From: a virus
Taxonomy: Duplodnaviria; Caudoviricetes
Direction: 5' to 3' (one strand)
Length of the DNA: 41,887 bases
Virus record (IMG/VR): IMGVR_UViG_3300037047_000308
Span: 1-41,887 of that record
Both the position numbers and the translations under genes were made by a program. The notes below the pieces were generated by a model. That model saw nothing but the letters and a program-made list of their open reading frames with translations. It was not told where the DNA came from and did not search any database. Positions 24,472 through 31,660 of this stretch are shown piece by piece (the first letter of the stretch is position 1; each line of letters opens with the position of its first letter).

Positions 24472-24976
24472 TAAAATTAATCTTTCCTCTGGAATGGAAT
24501 TCGCGGTTAATTCAGGCAGCAATCTCGCTAAGGCCATCAACTGTGCTCAGAAAATCAAGGCCCTTGACGATGAATCATCTCATAATCACGCGGGCATTAT
24601 CGTATGCAACAAGGGAAGGACGTTCGAGGCCTTGTGGAAGATAGGCTTTTCTGATCTCGACGAGTACAAGGGCTGCAATATGATTATTGTCTGCCACAAG
24701 TTGATGTCTCAGCGCACCTTTGATGACGCATTTTCCAGGATCGTCACGTTCAATGGCAAACTCTACCCCGTTCCGAGACTCTTCCTCCACATGGTTGGCC
24801 TGGCTAAATTTGTGCACTGGAAATATCCGGTTTGTTCGGAGCTGGTCGCCAAGTTCGACTACGAGTGCGGCTTCCGGCGTAACTGGTGGGGAATCAATCC
24901 CGACAACCTGGTCGATGAGTGGCGGATCTCGAAACATTACGAGATTATTTTTGAAGGGATATGGGTGGGGGAGTGA
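24464..24976 (+). CDS. Permuted papain-like NlpC/P60 (YaeF/YiiX-like) protein
   Basis: His before Cys: HNHAGII..FEA..G..Y..VCSELVA..INP. Confidence 0.7.
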   Translation: MNDKINLSSGMEFAVNSGSNLAKAINCAQKIKALDDESSHNHAGIIVCNKGRTFEALWKIGFSDLDEYKGCNMIIVCHKLMSQRTFDDAFSRIVTFNGKLYPVPRLFLHMVGLAKFVHWKYPVCSELVAKFDYECGFRRNWWGINPDNLVDEWRISKHYEIIFEGIWVGE

Positions 24977-24978
24977 AC

Positions 24979-25434
24979 ATGAAGACCGATGGACGATGGA
25001 CGATGGACGATGGACGCATACGGACAAAAATGTTTCTCCTGCTCGCTGCTGCCTGCTTTCTGCTCGCGGGCACGTCCGGGTGCGCAACCAGCAGAGTTAT
25101 TACTGAAATGGGTGTGTCCATCGGCGGCGCGTTTCAGAAAGCGGCCGCCAAGGGCGAAGTGAGCGCAGAGCAGTCCATTAAGTCGTGGCCTTACGTCAAG
25201 GGCTGCATCAAGGGCGTTATGGCGCACAACTATGAATTTGAGGTGCCACAGGGAGCAAAGGACATTATGAAAAAGCTGGATGGCTTTGCAAAAAAAGAGA
25301 AGCTTACCGGCGAGGACAAGGGCGAAATTATAGGGAGTTACGTTCGCCTTGAGGGTATTGCATTGAAACAGGGATGGGACCGCTACGGCGTCAACATCTA
25401 CAACCTCATAAAAACAGCCATAGCAGGAGGCTGA
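24979..25434 (+). CDS. Putative lipoprotein (spanin-like position); CGATGGA x4 tract (24987-25014) at its 5' end
   Basis: Hydrophobic stretch FLLLAAACFLLAG followed by TSGC lipobox-like motif. Confidence 0.6.
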   Translation: MKTDGRWTMDDGRIRTKMFLLLAAACFLLAGTSGCATSRVITEMGVSIGGAFQKAAAKGEVSAEQSIKSWPYVKGCIKGVMAHNYEFEVPQGAKDIMKKLDGFAKKEKLTGEDKGEIIGSYVRLEGIALKQGWDRYGVNIYNLIKTAIAGG

Positions 25435-25437
25435 TAA

Positions 25438-25884
25438 ATGGCATTAAACGATATTCTCGACCGGATACAGAGCGAGCTTGAGGACAAGCTTGAGTCATTC
25501 TCCACAACTGCCTGGGGGAAGGCCGTCGCGGTCAGGCGTATGTTCAAACACCGCGTTGAGGTTGCCCTTGGCGATCTGCCGATTATTATGATAACGGTTC
25601 CCTCTATCGAAGGCGGTACATGGAGACCTGCGGAGAGAGACTACCGCCCCACGATACGGCTCTACTGTGGATTTCATCAGACCGACCCGGAAGCCGCCCA
25701 GTCTCAGCTCATTCTGTTCGACGATGCCATAGAAGACACCTTGCTGTCGCTGAAGGAGGCAAACAACCTGCCAGCCGGAACCGAGGATATCGACCCGAAA
25801 AACAGTGTCACCGACGAGGGGTACTTTCACCCGGTCTATTTTTTTGTCAAAGACGTAGAGATTGATGTTGTACGAACGTTATGA
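25438..25884 (+). CDS. Putative tail terminator/completion protein
   Basis: Size, DLPIIMI motif, acidic, position. Confidence 0.5.
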   Translation: MALNDILDRIQSELEDKLESFSTTAWGKAVAVRRMFKHRVEVALGDLPIIMITVPSIEGGTWRPAERDYRPTIRLYCGFHQTDPEAAQSQLILFDDAIEDTLLSLKEANNLPAGTEDIDPKNSVTDEGYFHPVYFFVKDVEIDVVRTL

Positions 25885-25895
25885 AGGAGGATGCC

Positions 25896-26249
25896 ATGAA
25901 ACGCTTATTTTTGATTGTATTTATTCTATTGCTTTTCACTTTTCACTTTTCGCTTTTCGCCGCTCCCCCCGCTTACGCCGACTGGTCCGTCACCGTCACC
26001 TGGACGCGGTCTGTAGGCCCGAATCTGGACTACGAACAGACCTTGCTTGATGGTACAGCCAAATGCACCGTCCAGGAAACAGCCCCGACAACGTGCAATT
26101 TTGTCGTGCCTGCCCTGACAAATCAGCAGATTAAAATCAGGAGTGTAAATTCACAAGGAGCGTACAGTGAAACGACACCTCTTATTCTGGGCGATGTGCC
26201 TGTGCCTGCTACAGGCGTTATGGCTACCATCACCTACGTCAGCCCGTGA
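25896..26249 (+). CDS. Small signal-peptide-bearing beta-rich (FN3/Ig-like) protein; CTTTTCR x4 tract (25932-25959) within the signal region
   Basis: MKRLFLIVFILLL..AYA, VTVTW..IKIRSVN..G..SE; RBS AAGGAGG. Confidence 0.65.
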   Translation: MKRLFLIVFILLLFTFHFSLFAAPPAYADWSVTVTWTRSVGPNLDYEQTLLDGTAKCTVQETAPTTCNFVVPALTNQQIKIRSVNSQGAYSETTPLILGDVPVPATGVMATITYVSP

Positions 26250-28302
26250 TGTCCGGCTCGCATGGGACCCAAACGACCAGGCAGAGCAGGTTGCAGGGTA
26301 CAAAATCTGGTATGGGCAACAGAGCCGCCAGTATGGATATACAGTCGATGCCGGAAACAGGACCGATTATACTCTTGGACTGCCTTCTGACGGAGGGTGG
26401 TATGTTGCAGCTACTGCCTACCGTGCGGACGGAGTGGAATCGGCATTCTCAAATGAGGTATTCTCCCCGGGCTTGCTATCCGGGGAAATCTCCCCGGCAA
26501 CGGACATCAGGTCATCATGGAGGCCGGTAATGGCCAACAATTTCTCAAGCGATCCCGATGTTGTTGCCCTCTATCGGTTTGAAGCGGGGGCCTTAACCAC
26601 AGATTCGTCAGGCAAAGGAAATACGCTAACGAGTAGCGGGTCTCCCGAGTCCGATACAACAAATTACAAAGAAGGCTCTGCCGCTGTTAGACTTGTTTAT
26701 GGCGACGCAGACCGTTTTCACAGAGATGACGTTGACCTTTCTTCTGACTTCCCGCTCAAGAACGGGACGAGCAACAACGTTTTTAGCATTGTTGCCTGGA
26801 TAAGGCCAACCACAATTAACTCATCTTATACTCATTGTATAGCCGCTAAATGGGATTCATACAATGGCCGGCGTACCTTTCATTTCTCCGTTGAGGGGAG
26901 TAGCGGGAAGCTCAGGATTAATCTTGGTTACAACAATGGGAGTTCATCAACCGCTTTTCTCCATAACTCAGTTTTAATTACTGATACCTGGTACCATGTA
27001 ACCCTTGCGTATAGGAATTCTGACAAAACATACGCCTTAAGGGTGCGGGACGCTTCGGGCAATGTGGTAGGGTCTGATGTCGAAGGCACATGGGATAACA
27101 ATATTAATATCGAAGACGCACCATTCACCATAGGCGTCTTTAACTACAATGGGACATATTACAGCACGTCAAGATTTGATGGACAGTTAGACGAATTGGT
27201 AGTCTTTAAGAGGTTTCTTGCTGTAAGCGAGTCTACCGCAATCGCAACGGGGGTGTATGGTCAGACTGCCACCAAGACCGTCGCCGATGACGGGGCGGGA
27301 AGCGACGCCATATCAGGAATTTCTGCCTCCCTCTCGGTGCCAGACACTGCATCCGGTGCGGACGCAACGGGGGGCATGGCAGCCGCCGTTCCCGTTGTGG
27401 AAACCGGCCGGGGCGCGGATGCAATCAGCCGGATACTGGCAGCCATCGCCCAGACAGATCAGGGCCAGGGTGCAGATGCCATCAGCCTCATACTTGCGGC
27501 CCTCTCCATTCCGGAGACCGGTTTCGGCTCCGATACAGACCCATCTGTGACAGCAGCCGTTTCAGTTGCCGACCAGGGACAGGGCAGCGACGCCGCTCCG
27601 GCTATCGCAGTGCAGGTTATCCTGTCCGATACGGGCGCAGGAGACGACGCGATATCCATTCTGCAGGCGCTGCTCAAGACCGTGGCCGATGCCGGGCAGG
27701 CCCATGATTCGCTCGGAATTTCCGTTGCGGTGTCCGTTGAGGACGCGGGCCACGGAGAGGACTCACGGGAAATTTCGGTCACCCTCTCGATCACCGACGC
27801 AGGGGCCGGCGCAGATGCCCTCTCAGTCCTTACCGCGCTCCTCAAAACGATAACCGACGCAGGTTCCGGAAGCGACGCCATATCAGGAATTTCTGCCTCC
27901 CTCTCGGTGCCAGACACTGCATCCGGCGCAGACAGCCTGATTATTGCAGTCTCCCTGACCGTACCTGATGCCGGATCCGGAGAGGACTCCCTGGCTATTC
28001 TCCAGGCGCTCCTCAAGACCGTGGCAGATGAGGCCGGCGGAACGGACTCCCTCGCGGGCATCTCAGTATCGGTCCCTGTGTCCGACGCAGGGCGCGGCCT
28101 GGATGTCATATCCGCAATAACCGCGATTCTCTCCATGCTCGATACGGCGCACGGCGCGGACGCACTGGTCGTTGTCTGCCAGGAAACACCTACCCGGGTT
28201 ACCGTGAGGTTCACCGGCAAAAAACCCGGAGCATCCTTTACAGGCAAGAAACCAGGCATAACATTCACCGGAAAAATGCCTGGAGTGGATTTTGAAAGCT
28301 GA
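26167..28302 (+). CDS. Virion-associated fibre-like protein: FN3-like, LamG/ConA-like domain, ~16 x 18-20-aa repeats; alternative start ATG 26530
   Basis: VRLAWDPN..VAGYKIWYG..ES.FSNEV; FSIVAWIRP..WYHVTLAY..FDGQLDELVVFKRFL; D-x-G-x-G-x-D repeats; FTGKKPG-type x3. Confidence 0.75.
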   Translation: MKRHLLFWAMCLCLLQALWLPSPTSARDVRLAWDPNDQAEQVAGYKIWYGQQSRQYGYTVDAGNRTDYTLGLPSDGGWYVAATAYRADGVESAFSNEVFSPGLLSGEISPATDIRSSWRPVMANNFSSDPDVVALYRFEAGALTTDSSGKGNTLTSSGSPESDTTNYKEGSAAVRLVYGDADRFHRDDVDLSSDFPLKNGTSNNVFSIVAWIRPTTINSSYTHCIAAKWDSYNGRRTFHFSVEGSSGKLRINLGYNNGSSSTAFLHNSVLITDTWYHVTLAYRNSDKTYALRVRDASGNVVGSDVEGTWDNNINIEDAPFTIGVFNYNGTYYSTSRFDGQLDELVVFKRFLAVSESTAIATGVYGQTATKTVADDGAGSDAISGISASLSVPDTASGADATGGMAAAVPVVETGRGADAISRILAAIAQTDQGQGADAISLILAALSIPETGFGSDTDPSVTAAVSVADQGQGSDAAPAIAVQVILSDTGAGDDAISILQALLKTVADAGQAHDSLGISVAVSVEDAGHGEDSREISVTLSITDAGAGADALSVLTALLKTITDAGSGSDAISGISASLSVPDTASGADSLIIAVSLTVPDAGSGEDSLAILQALLKTVADEAGGTDSLAGISVSVPVSDAGRGLDVISAITAILSMLDTAHGADALVVVCQETPTRVTVRFTGKKPGASFTGKKPGITFTGKMPGVDFES
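27298..27926 (+). repeat. 59-bp exact direct repeat (27298-27356 and 27868-27926)
   Basis: GGAAGCGACGCCATATCAGGAATTTCTGCCTCCCTCTCGGTGCCAGACACTGCATCCGG twice, 570 bp apart, in frame. Confidence 0.9.
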
Positions 28303-28345
28303 TGCCTCTCAGCCGTGAGCCATTAGCAAATACAAGGAGGACACC

Positions 28346-28828
28346 ATGTTCGACATTGCCAGACACAAGACAAAATGGACCGTCAGAAAATACAAAAACG
28401 ACGAGGCATACCGCAGGGGCGACCACTACGAGGTCTCAGAATTTGACGGCAACCTGCTCCTCAATGAAGGCATCACGGCCCTGCAGAACCTGCTCATCGG
28501 CGCTGCGGAGACAGCATTTAACAACGCCAACAGCTATCTAGGCGTGGGCGATTCCGACACAGCCGCAGCCGCGGGACAGACCGGCCTCCAGGCGGTGACA
28601 AACAAGCTCTATAAGGCCATGGAGGCGACTTATCCCCAGATATCCGAACAGACCACAACCTGGCGGTCCGTGTTCGGGTCTTCCGACGGAAACTTTGCGT
28701 GGAAAGAATTCACCGTTGCAAGCGGCAATTCCGACGCAGCAGACAACCTGAACCGGAAGGTCAGCGATCAGGGAACCAAAGCATCCGGCCAGACCTGGAC
28801 GCTAGATCTTGCGATCACCTGGAGCTAA
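28346..28828 (+). CDS. Hypothetical virion protein
   Basis: RBS AAGGAGG; NLLLNEG..YLGVGD..NFAWKE..K pattern seen in tail/fibre-associated phage proteins. Confidence 0.65.
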   Translation: MFDIARHKTKWTVRKYKNDEAYRRGDHYEVSEFDGNLLLNEGITALQNLLIGAAETAFNNANSYLGVGDSDTAAAAGQTGLQAVTNKLYKAMEATYPQISEQTTTWRSVFGSSDGNFAWKEFTVASGNSDAADNLNRKVSDQGTKASGQTWTLDLAITWS

Positions 28829-28831
28829 GCC

Positions 28832-29152
28832 ATGGATGTGGTCAAAGAACAGACCACCTATATTGTGTCGGCTTCCTTTACCGATCAGGACGGGGCAGCA
28901 GTAACCCCATCCTCGGGCACGTACCGCATTGATGATATCACCGACGGGGCGATCACCCGGGTGAAAGACACTACGGCATTCACTCCCGCCGGGCCGACCC
29001 ACTCATTTGAGATCACGCCGGACGAAAACATCATCCTGAAAGCCGCCAACCAGATCGAATACCGGCTTGTGACCGTCAAATTTATCTACGGCACAGCCCG
29101 GCAGGGGGCGGAGGAACATATATACTGCATCAAAAACATGAGGGGAATTTAA
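28832..29152 (+). CDS. Hypothetical beta-rich phage protein
   Basis: RBS GGAG, operon position. Confidence 0.65.
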   Translation: MDVVKEQTTYIVSASFTDQDGAAVTPSSGTYRIDDITDGAITRVKDTTAFTPAGPTHSFEITPDENIILKAANQIEYRLVTVKFIYGTARQGAEEHIYCIKNMRGI

Positions 29153-29165
29153 TAAGGAGGCCGCC

Positions 29166-29366
29166 ATGTATAAACTGAAACAAACCGAACCGCCCTTTGA
29201 GATCGTTGACGGACCGTTCGCCGGCCGGAAGTATGACCGCAAAGGAGTATACGCCGAGATCCCGCCGGACTACAAAGACAAATTCAGTGAGCAGGAAGCA
29301 GTAAGCAGCGAGCAACTGTTCACGGCTCACGGCTCACAGCTCACAGAGGAGGAATCCCATGAGTAG
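29166..29366 (+). CDS. Small hypothetical protein whose C-terminus is encoded by a heptamer tract
   Basis: RBS AAGGAGG; overlaps the next start. Confidence 0.65.
   Translation: MYKLKQTEPPFEIVDGPFAGRKYDRKGVYAEIPPDYKDKFSEQEAVSSEQLFTAHGSQLTEEESHE
29285..29346. repeat. Head-to-head heptamer tract (CAGTRAG x4 then CNGCTCA x4)
   Basis: CAGTGAG CAGGAAG CAGTAAG CAGCGAG CAA CTGTTCA CGGCTCA CGGCTCA CAGCTCA. Confidence 0.8.
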
Positions 29367-30627
29367 AAACTATCTTGCCAACCACAACCTGCTGGCCTTG
29401 TCCCTGTTGCTTAAGGAGACGGGCCTCAACACGGAACAGACCCTTTCCCACGCGCTCCTCGTGGAAGCCGGAGATATTATCGGCCTCACTCCCCGCAGGG
29501 AATCCAACGCCGATGAGGCAAACGGCAAGGAAGAGCCGGACGATGTGTATCACCTCGGATTCCTTGCAGACACAACCCTGAACTTTAACAAGGCCAAGCC
29601 CCAGGACTTCATGCTCGGTCTTGGGTTCGGCTTCGGGAGCGTCTCCACCGCTGCCTACGGCGGGGGCTACAAGCACACCATCACGCCCTTGGCCGGCCTT
29701 GAGCACCCCTCATTTACGGCAGCCCAGCGCCTCGGCAGGACCATCATGAAACGACGGTTCGCCAGCCTCTTTATCGACCAGGTCACGTCCACCTTTGCCA
29801 AGGACTCCTGGGCAAAGTGTGTTGCCTCGGTCAAGGGAACCGGCAAATACACGGACACCATGGCCAAAGAAGAGATCACGGCAGCCTACAACGCCGCATC
29901 GCTCACGCTTGCCGCCAACGGCGTCCAGGGGGCAGATGCTCCGACCCGCCTTGACAATGTCCACCAGATCCGCGTCCTTGTCCCCGCAACCGGTGAGTGG
30001 GTAGAGGTTGCGTACAGCGCGGTCTCGGATGCCTCCCCTGCTGTGATTACCATTACCCCTTCCGGAGGCGCGGCAACATCCACCACCTATGAGGTGATTT
30101 ACGCGCCCACGGAAGCAGCGTGGGCAACCTTCCCTGCACGGGTCACCGAGCCCCCGCTGCGCGTCACCGACCTTGTGGTCAAGGTGGGCGGCAAATGGAA
30201 CGGCAGCGCATTTCTGGGAGGACGCACGCTCTCCTCGGAGATTGAATCCATCGAGCACGTGCTGAATAACCAGATGCTCATCGAATACCGCGTGGGCGGA
30301 ACAGGAACCTATGCAGACTATGCCTTCCGCCAGGGCCGCACCCAGACAATCAAGCTGAACCGCGAGATGCGCGAATTCATCCTCCAGCAGCGCCTCCTGG
30401 ACAACGAGGACCTTGGCGTCTATATGAAGGCCACCGGCGCGGAGTTCGAGTCCGGCAAAAACTATTACGTGGAACTTGTGTTTCCGAAGTGCAGGGTCCT
30501 GACTGCGCCCATATCGGTAAACGGAAAAGTGCTGGCGGAGGCCGGCGACCTTGTCGTGCTGGAAGATGCCGCCTACGGCTCGGCACGTTGCGAGATTGCC
30601 AATGAAATAGCAACCCTTGCGGCATAA
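29359..30627 (+). CDS. Probable major tail (tube) protein
   Basis: Immediately upstream of chaperone and tape measure; KETG..TE, YKHTITP..HPSFT, ELVFPK patterns; RBS GAGGAGG. Confidence 0.65.
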   Translation: MSRNYLANHNLLALSLLLKETGLNTEQTLSHALLVEAGDIIGLTPRRESNADEANGKEEPDDVYHLGFLADTTLNFNKAKPQDFMLGLGFGFGSVSTAAYGGGYKHTITPLAGLEHPSFTAAQRLGRTIMKRRFASLFIDQVTSTFAKDSWAKCVASVKGTGKYTDTMAKEEITAAYNAASLTLAANGVQGADAPTRLDNVHQIRVLVPATGEWVEVAYSAVSDASPAVITITPSGGAATSTTYEVIYAPTEAAWATFPARVTEPPLRVTDLVVKVGGKWNGSAFLGGRTLSSEIESIEHVLNNQMLIEYRVGGTGTYADYAFRQGRTQTIKLNREMREFILQQRLLDNEDLGVYMKATGAEFESGKNYYVELVFPKCRVLTAPISVNGKVLAEAGDLVVLEDAAYGSARCEIANEIATLAA

Positions 30628-30636
30628 GCCGCAAGA

Positions 30637-30724
30637 CTGTGAGCAGTAAGCAGTGGCTTGATTGTGAGCCGTGAGCTGTGAACAGTAAGCTGTACTGCTT
30701 ACTGCTTTCTGCTGACTGCTTACT
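30637..30724. repeat. Heptamer tract (CAGTAAG/CTTACTG family) containing left arm (30653-30681) of a 29-bp inverted repeat
   Basis: GTGGCTTGATTGTGAGCCGTGAGCTGTGA. Confidence 0.85.
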
Positions 30725-30741
30725 AAAAACAAGGAGGACAC

Positions 30742-31137
30742 ATGCTCATCATAAAAAATTTCGGCTACGAAGAATCACAGGCCCAGGGGAAATGGTTTGA
30801 CTTCACCATCTGGGGCGCAAAAATCCCCATCAAAATACGGCCCCGGACCAATGCAACCGTTACCGCCATCCGGGAACAATTCAAAGATAGTAAGGACGAT
30901 GCCAAACGGGCTGAAGCGATCGGCGACGCCACGTTAGACTTTTTTATCGAAGATTTTAAGGGTATCGGAGACCCCGGACCTGATGGCACGGGCATTCCCT
31001 GGGAAGTGAACCTGGCGAATAAAAAACGCCTGGTCGGTCTTGAAATGCGTCCCGGTGAACGGCCCATTTTCGAACAGATATATGAGAAGGCAACATCCCT
31101 CGGGTTTGAGGTTATCGAGGAAGAGCAAAAAAACTGA
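30742..31137 (+). CDS. Tail assembly chaperone (lambda gpG-like)
   Basis: Between tail tube and tape measure; ends CAA AAA AAC TGA. Confidence 0.75.
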   Translation: MLIIKNFGYEESQAQGKWFDFTIWGAKIPIKIRPRTNATVTAIREQFKDSKDDAKRAEAIGDATLDFFIEDFKGIGDPGPDGTGIPWEVNLANKKRLVGLEMRPGERPIFEQIYEKATSLGFEVIEEEQKN

Positions 31138-31508
31138 AAAGCCTCGCTGCGTGCCTGGTAAGCGGCGAGGAACCTGAACAGATACTGCCGGGCAACAAGG
31201 GCGTGTGGACCGTAATGATACTGCTCCCGACGCAGTGGAAGACAGAGATATATGGCGCATTCGGCATGGCCGGCGGCATGATCGGCACGCACATCTCCGC
31301 TTTAGACTACAACGTGGCCTATCAGACGGCAGGGGCCTGCGGGATCCCTCTCACGCAATCATTTATCGAGCGCCTCCACTTTATGGAAAAAGAGATCCTC
31401 GCACGGCTCAAGACAGGAGAGGAAGGCTGCACCCCGGAAAAAAAACGTTCCTGTGCCGCCGTCTACGGAGAATATTTTGAATGGACATGCAAAAACTGTA
31501 AGCAGTAA
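31128..31508 (+). CDS. -1 frameshift extension of the tail chaperone (gpGT-like)
   Basis: Slippery A AAA AAC (31128-31134) in the correct phase; -1 frame open without stops into ORF 31203-31508 (contains ALDY). Confidence 0.75.
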   Translation, partial: KKLKSLAACLVSGEEPEQILPGNKGVWTVMILLPTQWKTEIYGAFGMAGGMIGTHISALDYNVAYQTAGACGIPLTQSFIERLHFMEKEILARLKTGEEGCTPEKKRSCAAVYGEYFEWTCKNCKQ

Positions 31509-31644
31509 GCGGAGAGCGGGAAGCTGTCAGCAGTTACTGCTCACTGCTCACAGCTCACGGCTCACAATCAAGCCACGGCTCACTGTCAACGGCAAGCAGA
31601 GAGCAGAAGGTTTAACCCTATGCCCCATGCCCTAATGCTCTATG
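31496..31644. repeat. Heptamer tracts containing right arm (31548-31576) of the 29-bp inverted repeat, then CCCTATG-type x4 (31616-31644)
   Basis: TCACAGCTCACGGCTCACAATCAAGCCAC; CCCTATG CCCCATG CCCTAATG CTCTATG. Confidence 0.85.
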
Positions 31645-31660
31645 CGCACCAGGAGGCTGC

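Noticed and set aside
27298-27926. DGR template/variable repeat pair
   Set aside because: Copies are identical with no adenine-specific mismatches and no reverse transcriptase is present in the window
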